Assembly (NCBI GenBank): GCA_964348765.1
Contig: CAYGEE010000003.1
Coordinates: forward strand, 1 to 46,057
Origin: an uncultured Planctomycetales bacterium
GTDB taxonomy: Bacteria; Omnitrophota; Gorgyraeia; Zapsychrales; Zapsychraceae
DNA: 46,057 nucleotides
Reading direction: 5' to 3'
Every line of letters begins with the position of its first letter. Position 1 is the first letter of the stretch. Positions 27,829 to 37,211 of the stretch are shown in pieces. The position numbers and the translations under genes are program-made. The notes below the pieces were generated by a model. That model had not been told where the DNA came from, ran no database searches, and saw only the letters and a list, made by a program, of their open reading frames with translations.

Positions 27829-28509
27829 TTATTTTTTTTGGCAGCTAACTAGATGCCAGTGATAATCATACCCAAAACAATCGTCGTGAATGGATCCAAA
27901 AGTAAAATCTTTAAAATACGCTGAAAAAACTTTTTTGATCTCTTTCTCATCTTTGAACATCCGCAAAATAACACCATTGCGGATCTTAAACGGGTCATTA
28001 CGGATGATCTGATATCCTTTTCTAAACTGTTCACTGTCATGGTAAATAAAACATGTTTTTTTAGGGATCGACAAAACCAGCCGGCCGTTCTTTTTCAGAA
28101 TTCTTGCAAGCTCTTTAACGTGATCATTAAAATCTTTCGATCCTCCCATGTAATAACACGCATTCCATGAAAGCACATAATCGAAAGTCTCATCTTTAAA
28201 ATCAATAGCTTCATTCGTGCTGACTTTTATGTCAGAGGAAATCCCGACCCGCCGTAAATTATCCTGCGCTTTTTGAGCGATCTGTTTTGTGATCTCGGTG
28301 CCATAAACATCAAATCCGCATTGTTTTAAAAGGACCAGATTCCGCCCATCACCGCAGCCGACATCACAAATCTTCTTTCCGGTGAAAGGATCTTTTTTCA
28401 AATTAAGTCGCGGATACGATCCTTTAAAGATCCTGATCACATATTCCGCCGGAAAAGCCATTTGACTTGACAAGATCGACTGAGTCCATTTTTTCTTTTC
28501 ATTGATCAT
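27829..28509 (-). CDS. Class I SAM-dependent methyltransferase
   Basis: Motif I ICDVGCGDGRN. I prefer ATG 28509 (7 nt after the VOC stop) to the track's TTG 28536. The start is uncertain. Confidence 0.7.
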   Translation of the reverse strand: MINEKKKWTQSILSSQMAFPAEYVIRIFKGSYPRLNLKKDPFTGKKICDVGCGDGRNLVLLKQCGFDVYGTEITKQIAQKAQDNLRRVGISSDIKVSTNEAIDFKDETFDYVLSWNACYYMGGSKDFNDHVKELARILKKNGRLVLSIPKKTCFIYHDSEQFRKGYQIIRNDPFKIRNGVILRMFKDEKEIKKVFSAYFKDFTFGSIHDDCFGYDYHWHLVSCQKK

Positions 28510-28516
28510 AACAATA

Positions 28517-29275
28517 TCATCCTTTAGCGATCCCAATGATCTCGGCGCATTCCCCGCAAGGCCCTTGCGCGAAACACACTGATAATCTCTTTTGATTGAC
28601 CTTCAGTTCTTCGATCCCAGTCACAACAAAGCCCTGAGCTTCAAGATTTTCTTTCTCACGTTCAACCGCATTGCTGATAAACGCCAAACAATTAAACCCC
28701 TGATCATCCAAATAACTTAGAGAAGAATAAGACTTATCTGATTGCAGATAAATATACAGATCTGAAGGCGATATTAAAGAACGAAACTTCAAAATAACAC
28801 CATCAAGATCTTCGCTCGCAACTTGAAATCCAAAATTCTTCCAAAACTTAACACTGGCCTTGAGATCATTCGTCTTTAAAACGACTTTATTGAACTGGAA
28901 TTTCTCCGACTCTGTAAAATACATTTCACAGTCAAGGCTTAAACATAATGCCTTCTCAAACGACTGACCACATATTTTATGCCCAGATGTTGATTTTACA
29001 AAGTCTTTTGAAAAGTTCTCAACGATCGGCGTAAATGATCCATGCTGCTCATTAACATGCCCATGATCCAGGAGCTCAACGGCGAAGCTTCCCGGATTTC
29101 TCATCAAAACCATTGTCTGTTTTTGTGAAAACCGCCGCATCAAAGACCGCTTGATCAATGGATTAGAGATCTCCGCCTCAACAAATTGATCTTGGTATCC
29201 CCAACCTTTCAGAGATCGAACTTTCTTTTCAATGTCCGTACAAGCAAAAGCCACATGATCGATCTGAAGGATCAT
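28517..29275 (-). CDS. Two-domain VOC (glyoxalase/bleomycin-resistance/dioxygenase) superfamily protein
   Basis: 252 aa. N-terminal IDHVAFACTDIEK and a second beta-alpha-beta module (VVLKTNDLKASVKFW). ATGA overlap upstream. Confidence 0.6.
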   Translation of the reverse strand: MILQIDHVAFACTDIEKKVRSLKGWGYQDQFVEAEISNPLIKRSLMRRFSQKQTMVLMRNPGSFAVELLDHGHVNEQHGSFTPIVENFSKDFVKSTSGHKICGQSFEKALCLSLDCEMYFTESEKFQFNKVVLKTNDLKASVKFWKNFGFQVASEDLDGVILKFRSLISPSDLYIYLQSDKSYSSLSYLDDQGFNCLAFISNAVEREKENLEAQGFVVTGIEELKVNQKRLSVCFAQGPCGECAEIIGIAKG

Positions 29276-30762
29276 TTCTTGACCGATTGATAATTTTGTT
29301 TAATAGCGATCTTATCTACTTTTCCATTGCGATTTTTTGGAACCTGCGCTAAAGAAATGAACTCATCAATACAATAACTTCTTCCCCACTTTTGAATGAT
29401 AAGAGAATTGATCTCCTTTTTTTTCATCTGATCAAATCCGCCGTCTTTAGCAACATAAAAACAAACGATCTTTTCACCCAGCGTCGGGTCTTGAAGCCCC
29501 AAAACCACATACTCTTCAAAGATCCGGCACGATCCTAGAAAATCCTCGATCTTCCGAGGACTAATGTTAACCCCACCGCGAATGATAAGATCTTTTTTAC
29601 GACCCGTAATCAAAAGAAAACCATCCTCTTCAACGCCTAGATCACCGGAACAATACGATTTCCCTTTAAAATACTCCACACTGGAAATATTCGAATAACC
29701 CAAAAACATCCACGGAACATTGATCAGGATCTCTGCGTCAGAATCAAAGATCAGCTCAACTCCATTTAAACGCGGCCCCACACTTGAAGTCGCCGTCACA
29801 GCTTTCGGATAATTCGTTGAAACAAAAAGCGTTTCTGATAACCCATAACTTTCATAAAGCGCGATGTGATATTTCTGCTCAAATTCCCGGCGGACATCCC
29901 CGTATAAAGGCGCTGTCCCAATGCAGGCTGTTATAGGATTTTTCTTGGCATATTCGATCCCATTCGTCCCACGGTCAATACGATTAAGTAACGACACGAT
30001 CGTTGGAACGAACCAAAACGTGTTGACCTGATAACGGATCGGCTTATCCCAAAAATTCATAGCGTGATTAACATTAAAAGCTTCACTAAGAACAACCTTA
30101 CTCCCGGAAATAAAAGGCAGAACAAATAAATTCAATATCCCCGCCATATAACTCATCGGTAAATTGTGATAGAAAACATTCTTCCCGCTAAAATGAAAGC
30201 GTTCTCGAAAACTTTCCGCGCTCAAAACAAGATTCGAAAATGAATGCATGACTCCCTTAGCTACACCCGTCGAACCGGAAGTAAACGTGATCAAAAAAAG
30301 CTTCTGGTAATCGATATCATTAAAGATCTGCAATTGATCTTTATCAGATCCCTTGATCCCAACAAAACACTGCTTAAACTCATCAACATTAACCATCCGA
30401 TCAAGAGCGCTAAACTCACCTGCCGCGATAAGGAACTTATAATCTGCCTCGAATAAGACCTCATTGATCCCGTCTTCTCCTTTATTAGGATCGATCGGAA
30501 CAGCCACAGCTCCGGCGAGCAAACAAGAAAAATATAACGAACACAATTCCAGAGAGTTAGGTAAAAGAAAACAGATCTTATCTCCGGGAACAACGCCTTT
30601 GAGCTTAAGCACATCTTTTAACTGACAAATAATGCCAAAGAACTCTCCATAAGTCACACGGCGATCTGATAGAGAATCAAAAACAAAGATCTCATTCCAA
30701 TTGTCTTGGAATACTTTGATAACAAGCTCTGAGATCCTCGAATTATTTTTCATCTTGTTCAT
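29272..30762 (-). CDS. Adenylate-forming acyl/aminoacyl-carrier-protein ligase (AMP-dependent synthetase/ligase, ANL superfamily)
   Basis: 496 aa. TFTSGSTGVAKGV (A3), YGLSET (A5), SGDLG, GRKKDLIIRGGVNISPRKIE (A8), PKNRNGKVDK (A10). Confidence 0.85.
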   Translation of the reverse strand: MNKMKNNSRISELVIKVFQDNWNEIFVFDSLSDRRVTYGEFFGIICQLKDVLKLKGVVPGDKICFLLPNSLELCSLYFSCLLAGAVAVPIDPNKGEDGINEVLFEADYKFLIAAGEFSALDRMVNVDEFKQCFVGIKGSDKDQLQIFNDIDYQKLFLITFTSGSTGVAKGVMHSFSNLVLSAESFRERFHFSGKNVFYHNLPMSYMAGILNLFVLPFISGSKVVLSEAFNVNHAMNFWDKPIRYQVNTFWFVPTIVSLLNRIDRGTNGIEYAKKNPITACIGTAPLYGDVRREFEQKYHIALYESYGLSETLFVSTNYPKAVTATSSVGPRLNGVELIFDSDAEILINVPWMFLGYSNISSVEYFKGKSYCSGDLGVEEDGFLLITGRKKDLIIRGGVNISPRKIEDFLGSCRIFEEYVVLGLQDPTLGEKIVCFYVAKDGGFDQMKKKEINSLIIQKWGRSYCIDEFISLAQVPKNRNGKVDKIAIKQNYQSVKK

Positions 30763-31804
30763 GGCCTATATATCGATAAAATCCATATTTCCCCAGGCTC
30801 ACATTCTCCCCCTTGCCCAACCTCTGAGCAAGTTCATCAAGGACCTTTTCATCAATTCTTACTTTATCGATCTTGGTGATCTCCATAATAAGGACCGCAG
30901 GATTGACTTTATATTTTGCGGAATATTTTTGAATATAATGCATGTAACTTGAATGGAATTCCGAATAACCGCTGACGATGTCCAGCGGCATTTTCCCCTT
31001 CACATCAATAAGCGGCTGAATATATTTTTGACCAGCCTCCAAAAGTTTCAGAAAATCAACTTTGATCTCATACCCTTGTTTGCTCAGCGCCGCGGTCAAT
31101 ATTTCCGTCGCGGCATTGCCGGAGCTTCTGCCCATCCCCTGCAAAGAAGAATCAACAAATCTGACTCCCAATCGCGCGGCCTCCAAACTATTAGCGATGG
31201 CAAGGCCGAGATTATCATGCCCGTGAAAACCGATCGGAAGCTTCGAGACTTTTCTGATCGCTTCAAAATAACTTCGAACATCATCCGGGAACATCCCTCC
31301 GGCGGAATCAACAATATAGACCATATCAACGCCATAACTCTCGGCGATCTTCGCTTTTTCGGCAAATTTATCCGGCGGAAGCGCGTAAGATTTCATAAAA
31401 TTTGACGCAACGAACATCCCATACTTTTTCGCTTTCTTGACAAATTCCTTTGAGGACTCTACATTCGCCACATCCGTCCCAACGCGGATAAATTTCATAT
31501 TATGATCCGCCGCCAAGTCCACATCTTCAAGACGAGCGATCCCCGGAATACAAAACATCCCATATTTCGCTTTCGTCAGCACCGATTCCGCCGCGATCAT
31601 ATATTCTTCATCCGTCTGAGCCGCCTGCCCGTGGCCTTTATTACTGGCATTTAATCCAACGCCGTGGCCGATCTCAATATATTCAAAGCCAGCGGACTCT
31701 AATTCCTTACAAATAATGGACGTGTCTGCCGACGTGAATGAAAAATTAACGGCGTAACTCCCATCGCGCAATGTTACTTCGAGGATTTCGATCTTTTTTT
31801 CCAT
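30743..31804 (-). CDS. HMGL-like aldolase (4-hydroxy-2-oxovalerate aldolase / pyruvate carboxyltransferase family)
   Basis: 353 aa. EVTLRDGSY and metal site FHGHDNLGLAIAN. AAGGA SD upstream of ATG 31804. Confidence 0.75.
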   Translation of the reverse strand: MEKKIEILEVTLRDGSYAVNFSFTSADTSIICKELESAGFEYIEIGHGVGLNASNKGHGQAAQTDEEYMIAAESVLTKAKYGMFCIPGIARLEDVDLAADHNMKFIRVGTDVANVESSKEFVKKAKKYGMFVASNFMKSYALPPDKFAEKAKIAESYGVDMVYIVDSAGGMFPDDVRSYFEAIRKVSKLPIGFHGHDNLGLAIANSLEAARLGVRFVDSSLQGMGRSSGNAATEILTAALSKQGYEIKVDFLKLLEAGQKYIQPLIDVKGKMPLDIVSGYSEFHSSYMHYIQKYSAKYKVNPAVLIMEITKIDKVRIDEKVLDELAQRLGKGENVSLGKYGFYRYIGHEQDEK

Positions 31805-31831
31805 AGCTGATCCTTGATTGAATATTACTGG

Positions 31832-34342
31832 TTAATTGGAATGGAACAGATCAATAACATTTTCACTCCCAAAATCCCTTCGATATCTTTCGTTCGCATT
31901 TTTCATCGCTTCTTTTTTACTTTTCCCATTGTTTAATTCATCGAATACAGTCTTAACATATTGACCTAACCGACGATAAGACTTGCCATCCCTGTAAGGA
32001 TCGATCTGATCTAAAAACGGGGAATAATCAGCAAACCCTTGAGTGTCTTTGGAGTGATCACGAAATTTCCGGATCTCGGACATTAACGATGCGGCATCAT
32101 CAAAAACGACCGTTCCTCGTCCTTGTTTATAAAGGGAATGAAAATCCATTCTTCCATAATTGACCGTAACCGTCGGGATCCCGGCAAGCGCGGCTTCGAG
32201 TGCTGCCGTATTAAAAATATAAAATCCAACAACCAGATCAGAGATCTTAGCCGCTGCGCTAGGAAGGATCTTCTCATCCAAAAAAACACACCGCCCGGTT
32301 CGCTCGGCTTTTTCGATCAGATCCTTAATATCAGCCAACTCCTTCGAATAATAATTCTTTCGTTTTGGTTTAATAACCATTCCTAACGTAGGATCAGCCT
32401 CTAACTCTTTTAACAAAGCATGATAAATATCTTCAAATTCCTTTTTCACAAAACAATCGTGCGGATTATAAACTTCGTCAAAAAAACAAATAATGAAATT
32501 CACCCCCTTAGATCTAAGATCTTTTTGAATATCCTGAAGCCTCGCATCCGTTTTCTTAAACGCGTGATCATGCGGATATCCCAAATAAAGCAAATGGTCG
32601 ATCGAATAATAATCACGTTCAAAAAGCCTTCGATATGCCGGACCCCACGCAAAATAAGCATCGAACGGCTTCCCATGCCCGACCCAAAGTTCGGGATAAT
32701 TCGACCAATTATGACTAATATTAACCGCCCCGGCTAAACTAGCACCCAAGTTGGATGCTGTTAATTGCTCTCCATCCAGTAATGATAAATGGACCTTCAC
32801 TTTTTGATCCGTAAAAACAGCCTCATAAAAACAAATGTGATATAACAATCCCGCTAAATGCTGTAACTCCCATATTCTCGTCGATTTCAAACCAGAAAAG
32901 ATCGCTCCGACGGATAATTTAAGAACCTCAATACAAATGCCACCAAGTGATTTCACATACGACCAAGATGCATAAACATACAATTCAGGCGATCCCAAAC
33001 CTAAGAACTTTTTACTAAATCGCTTGGGGATCAGATCGATCCAATCAATATGATAACTTCTTAAAAGAGCATCGATCTCTGAGGTGATTGGCCGGTAAGG
33101 AACACGCGCGTAAACCAACATTTCTTCCGGTTTCAATCCAGAATCCGGATACCAAAAGAAATCAGATTTCCCATTGAGATCCACGCCCTGAACATAAAGC
33201 ACAGCAACTTTCGATTGCGAACTTTGCTTCTTCCGTTTACCGACGATCATCTTCCAAAAAGATCCCGCGAGATTTACAAAGAACGCAACGACGATCCGGA
33301 TCAGATGAAAGAACAATGTGAACCAACTTTTCACATTCGGATAAAAAGACAATTCCACTTTTTTATAAAACGATCTTTGAACATATTTCGCCCAAGCATA
33401 ATTTCGGGTCAAAATAATATTCCCTAAAGTCCCCGGCATCTTTTGACGCTGAGTCCACTCCAGTGTTTTAGCCAAAGTCGTCAGCCCCCGAACCTCATGA
33501 TAGATCACCTGCTGTAAATAGATCCTTACGGCTTTCTTACCGAGATCATATTTTTGACTTAACCAATCAACCAAACTATCCTGAAAATACCCTTCGGCAA
33601 CGACCGCGAAAGATGCATCCTCAGCGTCAGAATATTTTTTCCAAAAAGGAACAGCTTTCTCATTAACAAGTCCGGACATCTTTTTATAATCAGCAAGCTC
33701 CAAACGGAATTTTATATTCACCCGAAACAATGAGATCAAAACTTTTCCCATCGCCGTTATTGTCAAATACTTAATACACGTGATCTTTCGTTCTCTTCCC
33801 AATAAGAAGATCCACAACAAGGAGAATATGCCCAGATCATCAACCCAACAAGTATATGCTGTTTCAGGTCGAGAATCTGCCGGTGAACTCAGCTCAAGGA
33901 CAAGACAATCCGCTCCTTGGATATTTAATTCAGAGATCGTTTGAAAACCTGCTTTTTCAAAAAGCCGTATAGAAGCCTCATTGCCTTTTTTGATCTGCGC
34001 GCGGATCTTTTTAATGGGTGCATTTTGAAAAACAAAGGCGCACATTTTTGTTAAACCCTCGCCTGCAAACCCTTGCGAACGTTTTTCCGGGGAAATAGAA
34101 ATACTCACAAGCGCGCTAGATTCACTATCAAAGTCAAATCTAAGTTGACCGACGGAAACGTCATCGCTAAGCAAAATAAATATCCAACATTTCGGATCAC
34201 TTAATTTTCGCGTAAACCATTGTAAATGGTCTTCAAAGACAATGATCTCTTTGTTAAGAGAATTTTCCCGGGATTGCGGATCATTTCTCCAATGAAAGAT
34301 ATCCCGAGCATCTTTTTCTGTCGCACGTCGAAATGACAGCAT
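31832..34342 (-). CDS. Fusion protein: N-terminal PseH-like GNAT N-acetyltransferase (~150 aa) plus a ~650-aa uncharacterised GT-B-like domain
   Basis: 836 aa, a single frame with no internal stop. N-terminus FRRATEKDARDIFHWRNDP...RSQGFAGEGL...LFEKAGF is GNAT/PseH-like. The C-terminal part shows NISHNW and LVVGFYIFNTAALEAALAGIPTV (nucleotide-sugar GT-B-like). TAATG junction with pseI. Confidence 0.6.
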   Translation of the reverse strand: MLSFRRATEKDARDIFHWRNDPQSRENSLNKEIIVFEDHLQWFTRKLSDPKCWIFILLSDDVSVGQLRFDFDSESSALVSISISPEKRSQGFAGEGLTKMCAFVFQNAPIKKIRAQIKKGNEASIRLFEKAGFQTISELNIQGADCLVLELSSPADSRPETAYTCWVDDLGIFSLLWIFLLGRERKITCIKYLTITAMGKVLISLFRVNIKFRLELADYKKMSGLVNEKAVPFWKKYSDAEDASFAVVAEGYFQDSLVDWLSQKYDLGKKAVRIYLQQVIYHEVRGLTTLAKTLEWTQRQKMPGTLGNIILTRNYAWAKYVQRSFYKKVELSFYPNVKSWFTLFFHLIRIVVAFFVNLAGSFWKMIVGKRKKQSSQSKVAVLYVQGVDLNGKSDFFWYPDSGLKPEEMLVYARVPYRPITSEIDALLRSYHIDWIDLIPKRFSKKFLGLGSPELYVYASWSYVKSLGGICIEVLKLSVGAIFSGLKSTRIWELQHLAGLLYHICFYEAVFTDQKVKVHLSLLDGEQLTASNLGASLAGAVNISHNWSNYPELWVGHGKPFDAYFAWGPAYRRLFERDYYSIDHLLYLGYPHDHAFKKTDARLQDIQKDLRSKGVNFIICFFDEVYNPHDCFVKKEFEDIYHALLKELEADPTLGMVIKPKRKNYYSKELADIKDLIEKAERTGRCVFLDEKILPSAAAKISDLVVGFYIFNTAALEAALAGIPTVTVNYGRMDFHSLYKQGRGTVVFDDAASLMSEIRKFRDHSKDTQGFADYSPFLDQIDPYRDGKSYRRLGQYVKTVFDELNNGKSKKEAMKNANERYRRDFGSENVIDLFHSN

Positions 34343-35388
34343 TAAACATCCCCTTGACGGATCGGATGATCCTGTAAAATACTTCTTTTCGCTTTCTTCC
34401 CAAGGATCTGATCGTAATAAACCGGATCAAGTCCGGGCTTTAATATCCCGTTCCTTAATATCTCAATGTCATCTTTTGTTATGATCTGACCCTTCGTGAT
34501 TACTCTAATGGCAAAAAGAGATCTGCGAGCGAAACTTCGCAAATCTTTTTCAACCGAATGAAAATCTTTTTTCCCTGTTCCTAAAACTTTCTCAACATCA
34601 CGGATCTTTTGAACCATCAATTTCAATTCATGCGGCTCGATTGCATATTTATGATCCGGACCCGACAAACCATTGGAAAGCGTAAAATGTTTTTCAATAC
34701 AACAGGCACCCACCGCGACAGCCGCCATCGGAGCGACATCATAAGCCCTCGAATGATCAGAAAGCCCGACGGGCAAATGAAATTCTTTTTTCATCGTTTG
34801 GATCGTATTAATATTGATCGATTCCAACGGGGCGGGATAGCATGCAGTGCACTGCATTAAGATCAGATCCCTATTCCCAACGGCTCTGATCGCTTGAACT
34901 GTTTTCCCAACTTCATCTAAATGAGCCGTGCCCGTCGATAAAATAATCGGCTTGCCTTTCTTGGCAACATGCTCAACTAACGGAATATCCGTCATCTCAT
35001 AAGAGGAGATCTTAAAAAGCGGCATATGTTTCTCAAGAATATCAGCGGAATCATTATCAAAAGGCGTCGATAAGAACATGATCTTCTTTTTCTTGCAGTA
35101 TTGCGCAAGTTTCGGGATCCACTCGACGGGCATTTCCATATCTTTAATGATCTCATAGATCGATTTCTTATCTTTTAAATACCGAGCATGCCCTGCCTTT
35201 TTGGTATAGATCTTATGTGCTTTGAATGTTTGGAATTTAACCGCATCCGCTTTCGCATCAGAAGCCACATCAATAAGAGCCAATGCCTGTTTAAAGTCTC
35301 CATCATGATTACTTCCCGCCTCGGCGATCACAAAACAAGGCGCGCCATCACCGATGAAACGTTTTCCGATCTTGATCTTCATAGTCAT
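34342..35388 (-). CDS. pseI: Pseudaminic acid synthase (NeuB family nonulosonate synthase with C-terminal SAF domain)
   Basis: 348 aa. FVIAEAGSNHDGDFKQALALIDVA...AVKFQTF. Specificity is inferred from the adjacent pseG/pseH/pseB/pseC. Confidence 0.75.
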   Translation of the reverse strand: MTMKIKIGKRFIGDGAPCFVIAEAGSNHDGDFKQALALIDVASDAKADAVKFQTFKAHKIYTKKAGHARYLKDKKSIYEIIKDMEMPVEWIPKLAQYCKKKKIMFLSTPFDNDSADILEKHMPLFKISSYEMTDIPLVEHVAKKGKPIILSTGTAHLDEVGKTVQAIRAVGNRDLILMQCTACYPAPLESININTIQTMKKEFHLPVGLSDHSRAYDVAPMAAVAVGACCIEKHFTLSNGLSGPDHKYAIEPHELKLMVQKIRDVEKVLGTGKKDFHSVEKDLRSFARRSLFAIRVITKGQIITKDDIEILRNGILKPGLDPVYYDQILGKKAKRSILQDHPIRQGDV

Positions 35389-35391
35389 CTC

Positions 35392-36420
35392 TTATGAAAT
35401 TGATCCCACTGTTTTAATAACTTTAGAAACACCTGCGCCATCACAGACCCCGGAAGAAACTTGGCTCATTTGTGCCAATTGAACGTCTGTTAACGAAACA
35501 AGGATCTTTGCCAACTGCTCTTTGCTGGTATCCCGAAACCATCCGGCATTGATCGCCGCGCCTGTCTTGGCCAAACTATCAACAACACCCCGCTGATTCT
35601 CCGCGATCGGCATTAAAACCATCGGCAGCTTCATCGTCGCCATTTCCCAACTGACAGAGCCGCCCGAACCGATCGCAAGATCCGCACATAGCATCACATC
35701 CGCCAAATGATCAAGGTCCTGATGGATCACAACATCCCTACCGCTATTTTTCACTTCCTGTTCCAATGATCTACGATGCGGATATGCTCCTCCGATCACG
35801 ATCTGAATTTTAATCGAACGTCTTAAAGAACAAGCCGCATGAAAAACTTTTAATGTCTGATTATCTTGATCACCGCCGCCCATAAAGATCAAGACATTGC
35901 TCAATTCTTTCCGGATCAACGCATTCTGCCGGCGCTGTTGATAAATCTTGCGGACCAATGCATATTGAGGACCTAGCAATTGAACTGTCTTGGGCAGGCA
36001 CTCATATTTCAGATCTAACGCATGAATATTCTGATTCAATAAAATATTAACCGGAAATCTTGTGTGATTAATGTCATCGATCGCCAAGATCTTTACAGAA
36101 TGTTTCCCTAAAAAGGAATAATAATCCTCCTTGATCCCATAATGATCCACAATGATCCATTGCGGCTTTCTCTCTTTGATCAATGATCCAACAAAAATCT
36201 TCTCCTGCTCAAACGGTTCGATCTTAGGGATCAAAACAAACCCGCACCCCGCATCCTTGATCCGTTTGACCAGCACATTATTAAGTTCGCGACACAAAAA
36301 AACAACGTCATAACCTTCCAACTTTAATTCCTGCGCCAATGTCAATGAACGGAGGATATGCCCAATACCGATCGCCGTTGATCCGTCGGCACGGACAAAG
36401 ACCAAAGGATCCCTTTTCAC
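35392..36420 (-). CDS. pseG: UDP-2,4-diacetamido-2,4,6-trideoxy-beta-L-altropyranose hydrolase
   Basis: 342 aa. FVRADGSTAIGIGHILRSLTLAQEL and FMGGGDQDN are hallmarks of PseG. GTG start in a GTGA overlap with the upstream stop. Confidence 0.8.
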   Translation of the reverse strand: MKRDPLVFVRADGSTAIGIGHILRSLTLAQELKLEGYDVVFLCRELNNVLVKRIKDAGCGFVLIPKIEPFEQEKIFVGSLIKERKPQWIIVDHYGIKEDYYSFLGKHSVKILAIDDINHTRFPVNILLNQNIHALDLKYECLPKTVQLLGPQYALVRKIYQQRRQNALIRKELSNVLIFMGGGDQDNQTLKVFHAACSLRRSIKIQIVIGGAYPHRRSLEQEVKNSGRDVVIHQDLDHLADVMLCADLAIGSGGSVSWEMATMKLPMVLMPIAENQRGVVDSLAKTGAAINAGWFRDTSKEQLAKILVSLTDVQLAQMSQVSSGVCDGAGVSKVIKTVGSIS

Positions 36421-37205
36421 TTTAAACCCCGATGGCTTTCTTTACTACTTCGCTGCTTGATCATACAATTTATTTCAAATAATTCGGGCCACTTTTTCAG
36501 CAGACCAATGATCTCTCTTAAAAAGAAATCATGTTTGCCTCGGTATAATTCCCGATAAACCTCTTTAAGGAATTGATAATCTTCCGGAGTATCCAAAGTA
36601 AAACGCAAGTGAGAATAATTTTCCTTATTTTTTAAATAGTAAATATCTTTTTTGTAATGTTCATAAATAAATGGGGTCACATGCTCGTGCTGGTAAGGTT
36701 TTTTAGCTTTCCGGAATGCGTTTTGAAGGACATCATATCCAAAAACCTCCGCATCGAATCCCCACGGATACCCGCACTCCATTTTCTTCGGCCCGCTGTT
36801 AGTGGCAAGAGGAACATTATGATCTTTAAAATATCGGATAATGTCGTCAATAACATACGGATCAATACACGGACTGTCCCCGGAAACGCGAACGATCGAC
36901 CCACAGGAAAAAAGCTCCGAAGCATCCGCAAAACGCTTCAAAACATCTTCCTCGCTACCCCGAAAACATTTGACACGGATATTCTGACAAAGACGCTCAA
37001 TGGGATCGTTTCGTTTATCTGTCCCTGTTGTCACGACGATCTCATTGATCATTCTCGACAACCGCAGCCGTTCGACAATGTGCTCAAGAACAGGCTTATC
37101 GATCAAATTCTTGACAACTTTCCCCGGCAGCCGGCGCGAGCCGATCCGCGCCTGGATAAGGCAGAGAACATTTTCTTTACTTCGCGTCAGAGGCATCACC
37201 ATCAC
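36417..37205 (-). CDS. pseF: SpsF/PseF-type cytidylyltransferase (probable CMP-pseudaminic acid synthetase)
   Basis: LIQARIGSRRLPGKV signature. Possible starts are GTG 37205, ATG 37202 and ATG 37196 (AGGTGA upstream of the last). Confidence 0.6.
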   Translation of the reverse strand: MMVMPLTRSKENVLCLIQARIGSRRLPGKVVKNLIDKPVLEHIVERLRLSRMINEIVVTTGTDKRNDPIERLCQNIRVKCFRGSEEDVLKRFADASELFSCGSIVRVSGDSPCIDPYVIDDIIRYFKDHNVPLATNSGPKKMECGYPWGFDAEVFGYDVLQNAFRKAKKPYQHEHVTPFIYEHYKKDIYYLKNKENYSHLRFTLDTPEDYQFLKEVYRELYRGKHDFFLREIIGLLKKWPELFEINCMIKQRSSKESHRGLK

Positions 37206-37211
37206 CTATTC

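Noticed and set aside
27480-27848. 122-aa plus-strand ORF spanning the 27654..27828 spacer
   Set aside because: Its middle (..CVIAIRHALWRRSNLLKDCFVTSACRQAGRSSQRH..) is simply a translation of repeat copy 5. The rest is antisense to the cyclase gene.
30953-31405. 150-aa plus-strand ORF. Similar antisense ORFs occur at 18329..18751, 38294..38686, 2585..2932, 32420..32737 and 44067..44402.
   Set aside because: All are embedded antisense in well-supported minus-strand genes. They have no motifs, no SD-like context that I checked, and a composition typical of shadow ORFs.
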